DNA of 63,446 nucleotides, the filler included, from Reticulomyxa filosa (taxonomy: Eukaryota; Protista; Foraminifera), in the NCBI GenBank assembly GCA_000512085.1. It is 20 parts of 20 records of this genome, joined end to end, with 100 filler letters (N's around TTAATTAATTAA, not from the genome) between each part and the next. Parts side by side here need not be neighbours in the genome. Positions count along the whole stretch, not along the records: positions 47,308 to 51,373 come from ASPP01020301.1; positions 51,474 to 60,808 come from ASPP01002466.1; positions 60,909 to 61,910 come from ASPP01043042.1; positions 62,011 to 63,446 come from ASPP01004203.1; 16 more parts are not named here. One strand, written 5' to 3'. Below are positions 51,009 to 63,446 of the stretch, piece by piece (the first letter of the stretch is position 1; the number at the start of each line of letters is the position of its first letter). Made by a program: the position numbers and the translations under genes. The notes under the pieces were generated by a model, which had not been told where the DNA came from, did no database searches, and saw nothing but the letters and a program-made list of their open reading frames with translations.

Positions 51009-51325
51009 GAACTGGTGGAAACGTCACGACCCGCAAATCGTAGCAAGGGTCGTGAGCATATATCTTCGAGTTGACATCTCGATCTTCAATCAATTTTGCA
51101 AAATGCTGCTGCTCCTTGGTCGAAATTGGTGACGACAAATGCAATAAATCGTCGTCTTGTTGAGCAGCAGCATTCCACTTGTCATTTCCCTCTGGACAAT
51201 CTTTCTTTTCATCCTCAGTTTGATCTTTTTGGTCTGGATCTTGATCAATCATCATCACTTCGTCATTGTCATTGTTCGACTCTTCTAATGGTGATAACAC
51301 AATGCCATTGTTCATTGTCAGATTG
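50082..51325 (-). CDS. C-terminal part of a protein with a WRN/RecQ-type HTH_40-like domain and a terminal winged-helix-like segment
   Basis: Spliced and frame-corrected translation: VFNDFQNGYSIDDICTNRNLT..ILGDMILLG|HKIDWNRLDV..IKSRALL..DSLIHMVQARF. The terminus is QKIFSCLKQKPQTLEELMSMC..LSKMQNEMTIY. Confidence 0.5.
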
Positions 51326-51473
51326 TACCTATAATATGTACATGTATAATTTTTTTTTTTTTTTTTTTTTTTTNNNNNNNNNNNNNNNNNNNNNNNNNNN
51401 NNNNNNNNNNNNNNNNNTTAATTAATTAANNNNNNNNNNNNNNNNNNNNNNNNNNNNNNNNNNNNNNNNNNNN

Positions 51474-51990
51474 CACATTGCACTGAATCACTTGGATGTT
51501 GCTTACGACATAGGACACATTTGTGTTTTCTTGAGTCGTTCTTATTTCTACATTTAGCTGCTTCGTGATTTGCCAATCCGCAATATTTGCATACTTTGCG
51601 TTTCTTTGGACATTCACAAGCAATTTGGTTCAATCTGTAGCAGTTTCTGCATTGCTTGAAATGCGATTTTGGTCCGGATTTATTTTTATCAAATCACCTT
51701 GAATATCCAATATGAATGTCATTGTCTTTCAAATCTTAACGACATCACTTTGACAATTGGCATTTTATGTAATCGTTTCACCTTTTGTATTTAATCCTCC
51801 AACGTTCTTTAATTTCATTTTCACTTTCGTGAATTGATACATCTCGAAGCAGGACATGTCCAGACACAATATCACAAGTCCAACTACAGACGTTGAAATA
51901 CTTTACTTGACTTTCAAAATCTCCTTCAAAACTTAAGAGATGTCGATGTTGACACTTCCAACAGCAATCTCTTTCAAAATACAACTTTTT
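51474..51990 (-). mobile_element. LINE ORF1 (gag-like) remnant with three zinc knuckles
   Basis: QCRNCYRLNQIACEC..VCKYCGLANHEAAKC..KCVLCRKQHPSDSVQC is the triple CCHC array typical of I/Jockey-group ORF1. The upstream part is decayed. Confidence 0.85.
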
Positions 51991-54672
51991 AAGAAAAGTT
52001 AATATTAATGATGAAGTGGATAAATATTAATTTTTTTTTTCAGTCAATCTTAATCTGTGTTTGATGTAATAACTGCTTTTTATTCAATCACTATTCTTAA
52101 GTATCTGATTATGAATGTTATCAGGACCTTGCGCTTTGTATGGATTCACGAGCGTCGTCATTTCTTTGGATGCTACTTTCATCTCTTCAATTTCACGTTT
52201 CAATGATGAGATTTCACCAGCATCTTTTTGCTTTTTGTTTTGTGGCCTTGATGTTCTGCCACTTTATTGTTATTATTATTGCTCTTGTTCTTCCTTCGGG
52301 TTGCCCTTTTCTTTTTTCTTTGAGGGCTCTTGATATTCTTTCATTTGACAGCATCAGTGTATGAATATTGTTTTTGTTGATGCTGCACATTATGTTTGAT
52401 TGTAATGCTTTGTGATGCCTTCTTCTTCAGTAATGCATCTTCTTTCCTCGTCAATTTGATTTCAAGTTTTTCTCTTGCCTTACAAATTACCATGACAATA
52501 TGCATTCGGTTGAATCACCACATCGACTGAATAACCATACTCTTCCAATATCTCTTTGATTTCGTTTTCACTTTCCGAACTAGAACTTGAAATGTCGAAG
52601 ATTGATGTTTTGCTTTCTTCGAAATGTCATCCGTTAATCCACTATCTGGCTTCTTTCGTTTTATGGTCCATTGTTATCGACGTCCATATCATTGCTCGAC
52701 GTCATTTTGGATTGTCGTTATTGATTTCTGTGATCAACCATATCAATACTGTATCCATTTCAATGCCATCATGCATGCTGGCATTTGATAGTTCACTAGT
52801 GGCAGATATGCTCGGAAGTTTAATTAGCTGATGAAATCTTATCTAGAAAAGAAAAAGAAGCAAATCGTCAAAAATGTCACATAGTGTTTCATAAACAACA
52901 ATGAAAGGACAAAGTCTTCAAACATTACAATTATGCAGTATTATGGTCAATATCATATGCAGAGCTTTTAACTTTCAAATCAAAATATCTTTTCAAAACC
53001 AAATCAATTAAAAGTTAAAAAAAATTAAAAGATATTACACAACATACATATTGCAATTTTAATCAAGCAAAACTTCAACTAATAATAGCATGGAAAGTTA
53101 ATCTAAAATTGGAGAAAAATCAAAAAGAAATGAAAAGTATTTTAAAAAAATTAAATTCATTTTTAAAATATCTTCAGAATGTCAACAATTTACAAATACA
53201 TAAAATGTAATTTAAATTAGTCTTTATTCATTCCAAAATTGAATATTACTTTTATAATAACAAGCCAATCAATATACTTCAATACAAACATCTGCACAAA
53301 GACAAACATATATTATCATAATTTACCTGAACACAAATCAAAACAAGACATTAATATCAAAAACAAACCTTTAAAGTAGAATTGTTAATATGTTTAGACA
53401 ATTGAAAGCATGTGATTGTTTTAATTGAAAACAAAGTGCATAATCTTATTAATATACTTTATTCGACATTAGTATTATGCATATTGGACTTCAACAACGA
53501 TATTTGCCTCAACTGAAAGCATATTAAATAAAATTCCAACGCAAATTCTAAGCAAAATTATTTTAAAATTGTTAGTACTTGATTGCGTTTGTTTCGTATA
53601 TACAAATTTTGGTTTTATAATACTATCACTATTATGTCAAAAAATTTTGACCTTGTTAATTAATTCTAATCTTGTTTAATATCGTTTAATTTTGCTTGCA
53701 ATTAGTCATGATCAAATGTGTTTCATTCTGATAACATACTAACTTCCCTATTTACTGTCACAATAATCTCTTATATGTATATTTGTTCTTTTTCCACTAA
53801 TTGACCAACGTTTTAAAAAAACTCTTGCTTTAGATGTCATCACAGCGCTTGTTCAGAGTTAGTAATCATATCAAATGTTTATATGTACGTTATCATAATT
53901 CGTTATAATTCGATATCCAAAGGAGTCGTTGCCTGCATTGCTACCGAAAATTCGCGTAGCGCTGCCTTTTCTTGTATATGTATGTTTACTGGACTTCATT
54001 GTTTATGTTGCATGCTTTTTTGCGATGTCCACTATTCCTTTTGGTTGTTTTGCTTCAATTATGAAACTACCATTACAACTAGATTTTTTAATTTGAAGGT
54101 GTGTATGCTTGCGATTTTCTTGTGATCCCCGTGTTTGTCGATGATTGGCGACAATAACTTCTATAATATCGTACTGTTTTTATTCTAGACCGCTTCTTTT
54201 TTATTTATTGCTTGCTAAAAATTTAATATAACATTTTGCAATATCTCCGCTTCAACATCCATGGAATGTTCTGTGATATCATTACAAAATTTTGCAATAT
54301 TGTGCCACCGTCTAGATAAATTTTCGAAACTCAGTCTAAATGTAAATAAGTGTTTCCATATAAGTTAATTCACAATACGAAATAAATATGAGTTGAAAAG
54401 AGACATTGATGTAAAAAATGTTGAGATCAAATATGAAATTTAATGCTATTGATTTTGCATAATTTCAAAAGAAAAAAAAAGAAAAAAATTATCATAAAAT
54501 TGGTGTATAACAACTTTAGCCTGCAGTCGAGATATCACACCCAAAAGGACAAAGCATTAAAAAATAAAAAGTCGGAAACATTGTTCAAAGAATAAAAAAA
54601 ATTTAAACATAAAAAAGCACAAAGAGCGAGAAAAAAGAGCAAAGCAAAATAAAGTAAAAAAAGTATTTTTGG

Positions 54673-57600
54673 TCAATAATGACTGTTGAGCCAAATAACA
54701 AATTGTTCATAACACATTTGATGCACATACCGAAACACAGCTAGCCACATTTTATCATATACATTGAAAGGGATGGTACTCCTCAAACATTTTTTAATAG
54801 TGCCATCTTTTTGATCGATTTGTGTAGAAAACAAAACTTTTTCAATATCTGCAATTAACTGCTTGTCACTGAATTGAATCATGTGTGGACTTCCTTTCCG
54901 TATAAAATTATAATATAAAATCATACAATATTCTTTGAATGTGAAAAATTTCTTTTCTGTTTGTTGGGGTGCAGTGATCAACGTCGATTTTGATGTCGAT
55001 ATCGATGTTAATGTCGGTGTTGTTTCATCACATTCTTGACAAAAATTGAACACGTCGAAAGTAAACCTAAGCATTCCAATTCTTTCATAAGTTGACATCT
55101 TTCCAAGATTTTGTCATCTTTGTTTTGTTTTTACTACTATTTGAATCTCGCTTCTTGAAACTATTTTGAGGATTGATAAGCAAAAGTGGTAACAATGTAG
55201 TTGTGGTTTTATTGTTATTAGGAGGACGTTCATCAAGAATTATTTCTGGCTCAGGGGTGTCTAATGGTTCATTACTGGTGGTCATGTTGGTGTTGGCTGT
55301 CCCGTTTTGTGAAGTGCTGGTCGTGGCATCCACAGAAGATCTTCGTAGTTCTTGCAAGCCAATTACAGTCGTAGAAAATGCTTCGTCGCTTATTAGCTGT
55401 ACTTGTCCTGATTTGGAAACCTGTTTTAATGATTATCCAAGGGCAATTTTTTTAATTGTTTAGTTTGAAAAAAAAAAAAATAACTGGAAGAATACTGATC
55501 CTTTTATCATTGGACATAGCCGTTATTTGTGGTGAATAATTGGACTTATAGTATTCCTTGATTTTACATTGTTTGATTAGCTTCACGGCAATGTTGTCAT
55601 GATTTGGTATCAGTAATTCTTTTGGATAAGGCTCAATTCGATATTGATATATTTGTCCCCCTAAAATTAAAAAGTCAAATATTTCAATCTCGCGGGCTGA
55701 TAGTTTTCAACGTAATATTGCAATTCGTCCAACCAGTAATCATTGGTCAAAATGTTTCGCAAATTTGGAACATAGACAGGATTATCCACTTTGCAATAAC
55801 GACGTCTTTGTGGCTTTACATTTAATTCGCGAGATATGGCATTCCAATACTTGCGTGTTGGAGATTGATTGTAGGGCTCATCTATTGATTGTAATGAAGT
55901 TATGTCATTGCCATTTGTGCACGTTATCACGTTGAGATGCAAGGGTTGTTCTTGATGCTCGTTATTGTTGTCGTTGTCAATGCTCGCAAGGATCACGTCC
56001 TCTTCTTTCATCCCTTTTTCAGAGACCAAAGGCGAGTCATCAACATATGGGGAATGTGACGTATTATTGCGACTGGTATCGATGGCTTGCAATCTCTTGA
56101 TTTGTTGTTGAGACTTTTCTGCGATTTGGGTCAATTGTCCGAAAGTATGGTTGCTTAGTATCATGTGGAATTGTCTTTTCAAATGCACACATAATCATCA
56201 ACTTTTCTAGAGTTATGTTTGTGTATTTTTTTTCTCCTCCTTCCCTCTTCCAAGCACAAGTCACCTTGGTTCAATAGCATAATCTACGTGTATGGACGAT
56301 CCTCTGCTCAGTTCGTTTTCTTTTCTTTCTTTGGAGTCTCCTGTGTTTATTACATTTATGTTATGTTCGCAAATTCAAACAAACGAGTATAAACAAAAAG
56401 GAAAGACCCTTGTAAAAAAATATAACCATGCTCCGTGGTTTGATCAAAGAAAGTGATATCAAACAACTCATCGGAATGATAGGTATCTTGAACGAGTAGA
56501 GCAATGTCTTGTATTCGTGGCGCGAATTCGACAACAATGCCTTTGTCTCGAGTTTGCCTCCATTGTTTTTGACAACTGGTGCTGATGTTTGAAACAGCTT
56601 TGTCAAATAACTTGGCAAAGCCGCATACATGGTATCTTCCATAGGCGGGCTGCAATTTGGCAATGACTCGATACAACGGCTCTTTCAGAAGCAGCATCTC
56701 AAATTCGTCAAGGCCGACAACAGGAGGTGAAGACATGGATATCGGGAAATGGAGTTTGATGGTGTCGGCGGTAACAGCACTGATGGAATGTTCGGGCAAT
56801 GAGTCGTCGCTGGGTTCGTTCGAATCGTGTCCATTCAAAGTGATTTGATAAGCTTGGGTTTTATTTTGCTCACGCGTTTTGAGCTCTTCCATTTTTTTGC
56901 GTTGCTCCAATAGGATTCGAAGACTGCTTGAAAAGTCGTTGTTATTCACGGCATCCATTAACTCTTTAAAAAAGTGTGGCTCCAACAATGTGTCCAAATG
57001 GACGTCTCCACTGTACAAAGACAAGAGCTCCATTTTTTCTTTGTTGCATGACGATTTTAGAGTGACGGTGTGTCCATGTCCATTGCCTTGTGATGAACGA
57101 TCGTAGACTCGCTTGTCTTGCTTTTGTGATACTTGATGTTGGCCAGTGATTTGATCATCCTCCTCTTTTGCATTGCGATGAATGATACACCAAGAATGAT
57201 GTGGCAGCGCAGCGACTAAATACTCTTTTGTCGTCGAAACCATATCTTCCATGTGTCCATTGCTATCTTGTGACAATGACAGATTTGTACGACGCATTTT
57301 GTCATAATAAATACGAGCCGTTTTATTCACAATTTTCATTTCGTATTGAAATTCCTTCTTTCCTCCAAACAAAAAATCAATTGGCAAATCCAACAACTGA
57401 AAACAAAATACCAAATTCCAAAACACGTCATCTTTCGATCGAAGTATTTTAATCGCCCGATCTGGTTTTGTTTTTTCCTTTTCTTTCTGTAGTATGCCAC
57501 GCGATTTTGTTTCCATTTCAGCAATCAACAAACAAACAACAAACAAAATCGGATTTCATTTGACGATCACAACCATTTTTTTTTTTTTCATTTATTCCGT

Positions 57601-60600
57601 CTATCAACTGCAAGTTTGAAAATTTTCGTGTCCTGATCTTTTTTGTCTCCGTTTTCATCTTTTTTATCTCCGTTTTCAGCTTTTTTGTCTTTGTCTTTTT
57701 CAGTCTCTTCGCGGTTGCGTATTTTCTCCAAATCCGGAAATGAGTGCGGCAATTGCGTGGTGGGATAATACTGGCATGATTCATCCACAATATGCAGTAC
57801 TCGATCATGCAAGTACTCAATCGAGAAGAAATTGTACGTTTTCCGAGTTGCATTTGACAACTCATTGGCGGACTTGGTCAAGTGACTATCGAGAGCTTCT
57901 GTGTTTGGGTAATTATTTGATGTTGAGGCGGAAGAAGAAGAGGAGGAAGAAGAAGAAGAAGAAGAAGATGATGAAGAGGAGGATGATGATGAGGATGAAT
58001 TAGCACACGTATTGGATTCCATGGAATCAACCAACAAATAAGAAATGTGTTTATTCAAATTGTGCTTGTATTCTTCCGGTAAAATGCCTCCAAATAACTC
58101 CAATGTCGCCGTATTTTCTATTTTATTTATTTTATTTGAGCTCCTTGCAACACATGAAATAAAATAAAAAAACATGTGATGTTTGAATCCCTCTGAAATA
58201 ATCATCACCTGACATACAAAAAGGACAAACGGTGGCCCATTTGGATAGAGGGCGGATGAGACTGGAAGAAGACATCGATGCAGGTTGATTCGATTGAAAA
58301 GATTTCAATCCAGTCAATTCCATTATTTTATTTGTTCCAGACATCCGCTTTTTCATTTCCAACGAATGTTCCTTTTTTTTACAAACAAGGGAAATGCCTT
58401 GTGTACGTGTTTTTTATAGGTGCATTACAAAAATCAAATGCAATTGACAAAACTTTCATTTGTTTGAAATTTTCAAAGCCAGCAATAATTTCTTCACCAC
58501 TCAATTGTCGTTTGCATGTTTTGCACTGGCATTGTAATAACATGCGCTTTGGTACATCCGTCAAAAAGTAGTCAAAGAAAGACTCTGGAGCACAATCCAG
58601 GGCATGAGTGTACGGATAACAATCGATGGGGTCCTGATCATAAAACCCAAATTCACTACGACCAGGTAATGGCAGTTTGGGTTCACTGTAATAGTGCATA
58701 AACTTTCGATATTCCACATGCAAGCGCCGGGAATTGGCTTGGATCACGCTTTGCAAATAGTCCAAAGATGGAGTCATGTTCAAACGAGTCATCCATCGAT
58801 CCAGTATCACCATCTCGCGTTCTAAACAGCAATGACTAGGAATCAAGGCCAAGTATTGCATCATCATATCATTTGGCTCAAATCCGCTTTTCAGTAATTG
58901 TTCCAATGCGATTAATGTTTCAATAAAATCTCTGTTTATGTTGATATTGAAATACATAACCTTTTATTTGTTTGTTTTTTTTTTGTTTTTGGAAACACGC
59001 ATACAAAAGAAAAAAAGGCGAGTGCCGAGTTAACCTTTTCGGTGAAATGGTGTGAATGCTCAAGCGATTGATTGCGTGATGGCCAAATACGGCAAACCAC
59101 ATTTCGTACACTTTGTTAGTGAATTGTCGAATAGAATCATTTATGGTGGCCGATTTAATGCGTTGATGTGAAAACGGAGAAGACATGTGTGTTTGATTTT
59201 TCCATTGTTTGATGCGATCGATATAGAGATTGCACGATCCAATTACGTCTTGTAGTAACTCTTCATATCGTTCGTTCATGTGTTGAATTTTAAACATGTC
59301 GCGTTTTGTTCGTTCGTAGCTGAAGCCAATTGAGGGAAACTGAGGAGTGATACTGCTGGGTTCAATCCAAGTGGTCTTTTTTTCTTTTTTTGAGTCTCTG
59401 ATATTATTTGCATTCAACAACCCAACACTTTCGATTTTTCGAGAATTGCAACAAGGCAAACATGATATTTTTTATTTTTTTTGTAAGATATTTGAAATCA
59501 ACTGTGGGGGTTTGTAAGCGGGACTAAGAGGATCTGGAGTGGCAAAGATGTCACCATGAGGAGATGTCTTTTGTACCATTCCATAGGAATAGGTGTTGTA
59601 TGTCATTCGTTTGCGTTTCGACTGTTTGTAGTATTTTTTCATTAGCTGTCGATTCAAAGAGGGAAAACGATCGTACTTGTACGGTGCTATTGAAATCACA
59701 TATGACATTACACTGACATTGGAAAGGAGAAAAACACAAAAATGCGAAACCAACCGTTTTTCAACTCTTCGTTCGTTGGATTTTCGTCTGCGGGCGGAAC
59801 AAAAAAGGGCGAGAATTTGATACTCGGATTTTCCAATTGCAATTGCTTAAGTTCTTGGAACAACGTGGAAGGGAGGGACTTGTAAATAATTTTTTTGGAG
59901 GCACGTTTTTCGGAGATGCTCGAACGTGGTCCATTTCGTTGAGTGGGCGAAAACAAAATATCCGTTGCTCCATTTTGGATGGAAGAATTCGACTCTGGGA
60001 CGGGAGATCCATTGGATTGGCGATGCGGATCTCCACCTGTGGCAGTATCTACTGCGGAGTCGACCGTTCGAGCAATGCAATAATCAAATGTTACCACGTC
60101 GCCACACAATTTGGTTGAGTTTTTGGCAATTCGCCTTTGAATGAACGAATCCCATTGTTCTGTGTTCAGCAAGTCTGCGACAAATGTCTATTGTATTGCG
60201 TTTTTCCAGTGACTCAAACTTTATAAATAAAATAAAATAAATAAAAAAAAAAAGAACTCTTTCATTTTCCGGAAATGAGAGTAAAAAATCTTGCGCGCGA
60301 AATTGCATTTCCAAACTTCTGGTCTCGGTGTAATCCATAAAGACACGATAATTTCTACAAATACGTACAAAAAACTGTAAAAATGCGATGCGCACTTGTT
60401 GGCCGTCGAAATGCTCTTCGACAGTGTCCAACAACAATACTTCGGCAGCGTCATTGTCTTCGGCATAGCAGCCACTGGGTGCCATGGCACCAAGTCCAGC
60501 AACCGCGTTGGTGCCAGTGGAACTGGTAACGTCGCGGATATCGGCAAAGTCGCGCCCCACTGTGAGCAGTACGCACTTCTGCAACTCCGCGCGTAACATT

Positions 60601-60765
60601 GCTCGCCAAGACTTGGGGATTTGATGCGTGTCACTTCGATGCACGTGCGTGGGGTAATCGCAATGACACCACGATCCTTGCAGGCTGTTGATTGGACGTT
60701 TGCGACGTCCGTTATCTTCGCTGATGTTTATCACATTTTCATCCAAGTCGACACTAATTATCTGT
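54673..60765 (-). CDS. DENND4: DENND4/Crag-like Rab GEF (dDENN, PPR-like and Zn-binding C-terminal blocks) with an apparent C-terminal RGS-like domain; multi-exon, 5' truncated
   Basis: dDENN: VRIAFLQFFVRICRNYRVFM..FRAQDFL..LLNTEQWDSFIQRR. DENND4 C-terminal motifs: CKTCKRQLSGEEIIAGF, TVCPFC, FFSIEYLHDRV and VFWNLVFCFQLLDLP. The terminal exon is RGS-like (MLRFTFDVFNF..ILYYNFIRKGSPHMIQFS..VYDKMWLAVFRYVHQMCYEQF). Confidence 0.75.
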
Positions 60766-60908
60766 CATTTAAAAAAAAAAAATCAAAATAAAAGTTTTTT
60801 TTTTTTTTNNNNNNNNNNNNNNNNNNNNNNNNNNNNNNNNNNNNNNNNNNNNTTAATTAATTAANNNNNNNNNNNNNNNNNNNNNNNNNNNNNNNNNNNN
60901 NNNNNNNN

Positions 60909-61910
60909 CACAACTGATAAGCCATTGTCAGATTATGTTTTGGGAACTTGCTGTTCCATCTCACACATTTCTCTTGTCTTCGCCGTAATTCCAATGGAGG
61001 CAATTGACCGATTATATTCACAGTATCATATGCTGTAGAATTCATAACTCCAAGAATTCTACACATTGATATCCTTTGGATCCTTTCTAATCTTCGTTTG
61101 TGACAATCAGCAGCACCATTCAAAAATGCACAAGCATATTCCAATGATGGCCTGATAATCGTCTTATATAATAGATTGTACACACTCAAACTCGGTCTGA
61201 TTCCTTTGTATGAACATAAGTATGTCAAATATCCAAGTTTCCTTGATGCATTTCCATAAATATAGTTAATATGCTGTCTGTATGTCAGTTGAGAATCTAC
61301 AATCAATCCTAAATACTTGACATGATCCTCTTTGATTTGGTTATTGTTCAATTTCGAATACATCTTTGGATATTTTCTCTTGTTCTTCTTTTTAAATATA
61401 ATTGATTGTTTTGTCAGGTGCCAATAACAATTTCCATTTGGATGCCCACAAGCTTACATTATCCAAACTTTGTTGCAATAATAATAGTTGCCTCTTCATC
61501 TCTTCTTCATCACTGGTATAAATGGATGTCCATAATGCAACATCATCTGCACATTGGATGTATCATAGGAATAGCAAAGGAGATAAAGATGATCCTTGTG
61601 GTACACCTGTATCAAATCGTTTAATGCTTAAATTCATTCCATTCAGCACCACTTGTCCAAATCTATCATATAGGAAGCTATCCAACCACCAATGCATTCT
61701 ACCTTTTAATCCAAATTCATGTCTCATTTTGTATTTCAATCCATTGCAATAATTCGTTCCAATAACTTGCCAACACACGATAGTAATGCAATTGGTCTAT
61801 AATTCTTGCATACGCTATGATCTCTATCTGGTTTCGGTATTGGTACAATATTCGCCTTCTTCCATAATTTGGGCATATCCAACTCTAAAACTCCAATCAA
61901 ATAATAATAC
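60909..61910 (-). mobile_element. Decayed LINE reverse transcriptase
   Basis: GLKYKMRHEFG..WLDSFLYDR, GVPQGSSLSPLLFL, ADDVALW, VKYLGLIVDSQLTYRQHI and LYKTIIRPSLEYAC, with stops and deletions. Confidence 0.93.
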
Positions 61911-62020
61911 NNNNNNNNNNNNNNNNNNNNNNNNNNNNNNNNNNNNNNNNNNNNTTAATTAATTAANNNNNNNNNNNNNNNNNNNNNNNNNNNNNNNNNN
62001 NNNNNNNNNNGAAAAAGGGA

Positions 62021-63446
62021 GTGTCTCAAGACTCGTCCCTAATCAATCCTCGAGATACCCGCGGAGCGGAAATAAAGCCCTTTCCTAGGAGAAAGCGTCC
62101 CCTCCGCAATGCTGGGGCGATCAATGGCTCCGAAAATATGGCAGAAATGGAGGATATGGACGACTTCCAAATCCCTACCATGTTTCAATATAATAACTCC
62201 AGAGAACTCACTCCAGATATCACTTCTGTCATGGACACCAGAGATTTGTCCATGCCAATGGATCAAGTTTAAACAAGAAGTTTTTTTTTTTTTTTGGTGT
62301 TGTTATCTATTATCATTATTATTATTATTATTGTTAACAGTGACTACATTTTTTTTTTTTTTTTTGTTTTGACAATCTAGTTACTGATCACACATCAATC
62401 GGATGCTGTTGATAAAAATTTGGTTCCAGCACTGAGCAGGGATCGCACAGATGGCAATCGAAATCAATCCACGACATCTCAAAGAAGATGGTTTGGAGAT
62501 ATATGGAACGCACTGTTAAGACATAACAACAACAATGCGACAAACGGTACCAATGGTACTCCCAACAATAGTACCAATAATAAGTCCAATTTGCTGCAAA
62601 AGTCAACGTCCGAAGAAAAACGGAGATTGGGAGGGATGAACAATTGTTGCAACGGTACAGTACATAATCAAACCAACAATGAATATTTTCATTTTCCGTA
62701 TGGAGAGCCAGACACTTTTTTTAGTGTCGATCCAAAACAGCGACATAACTTGGCACTGCCTATGAATGTTCGAGGCAGCAAAAAACAATTGAGGCTTTTG
62801 TTGGAAAACTTTTTGAATGACAATGCCTTGTCTGACAATGTCATTTCTACACATCCTGCTGTTGTCGAACAAATCACTTCAAGCCTTGCTTCTCGTGACA
62901 GTGAGTACAAAGGCACACGTATGTTTCAACAGACTCTCAAATCCCAACATGCCTCTCATGACTCAAATTGCTTTGTCCATACTTCGGTGTGCTCTTCTTT
63001 TCTGCAACGCGACTTTGATGAAACCAAAGTTCGAATCACTGACTTGGACTTTGAAGCATTTGTTAGGCTTCATAAACAGCATGTAAATCTGGATTATATC
63101 TCTTTGTTACAAACCGACAAAGATGCTGATCGTCTTAAGAAAGATGAATACGAATTTTATTTGAAACTTCCTTCATCTGTTTTATATGATAGCATTCATC
63201 CTGCACAGCCTTCAAACCTTTAAACATTTAATAATATGATACCATTTGACGTTTTTTTTTGTACTGGCATTTCCTAATTATTTTTACAAGCTGTATTTCA
63301 AAATTAATAGAGTTTTTCCAAGTCAAACAAATAAAATGTTTTCAATTTCTGAATTCCATTTCGTATTTCGCGATTATAATAACTTTTTTCGAAATAAACA
63401 TCACAAAACATTTTTGTTGATGCAGAATGAAGTATTTGACAAATAG
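62021..63446 (+). CDS. Hypothetical protein fragment, possibly an RGS-like domain with insertions
   Basis: Spliced ORFs 62021..62265 and 62381..63223. LLLENFLNDNALSDNVIS..VVEQI and the downstream TFLLMQNEVFDK loosely match RGS helices. Confidence 0.4.

Noticed and set aside
1-63446. Prokaryotic systems (CRISPR-Cas, defence islands, operons), rRNA or tRNA genes
   Set aside because: No repeat-spacer arrays, operon structure or recognisable structural RNA genes were seen. The content is spliced eukaryotic genes. A tRNAscan or Infernal run would be needed to exclude small RNAs.

Overview
This is not a contiguous locus. It is about 20 short contigs (1-9 kb) of an AT-rich, intron-rich eukaryotic genome, joined by 19 identical artificial 100-bp spacers (N44-TTAATTAATTAA-N44), so gene neighbourhood across a spacer means nothing. 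Short GT-AG introns with poly-A/T tracts, poly-Q/N/S proteins and many decayed gene-family copies suggest a protist, and my inference is a rhizarian/foraminiferan such as Reticulomyxa. Recognisable genes, mostly spliced and often truncated, are: mitochondrial-type ALDH, a PUF/Pumilio protein, kinesin-8, NOC4, a G-alpha subunit, a formin with a C-terminal PH domain, a CAP-Gly protein, an At4g28440-like OB-fold protein with a repeat tail, a PDZ protein, dynactin p50 (DCTN2), a WRN-type HTH_40 tail and a large DENND4-like Rab GEF. Mobile DNA includes pieces of an APE-RT-RNase H LINE with a triple zinc-knuckle ORF1, and three copies of a Tc1/mariner-type terminus. The most interesting candidates are an apparent DENND4-RGS fusion, the formin-PH architecture, an intronless divergent kinesin with switch II DMAGHQ, a spliced 84-aa two-TM microprotein, a ~880-bp tandem zinc-finger-like repeat family, and a shared intron-containing decayed element. 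Many single-base frameshifts lie in or beside short homopolymer runs and are probably sequencing errors.
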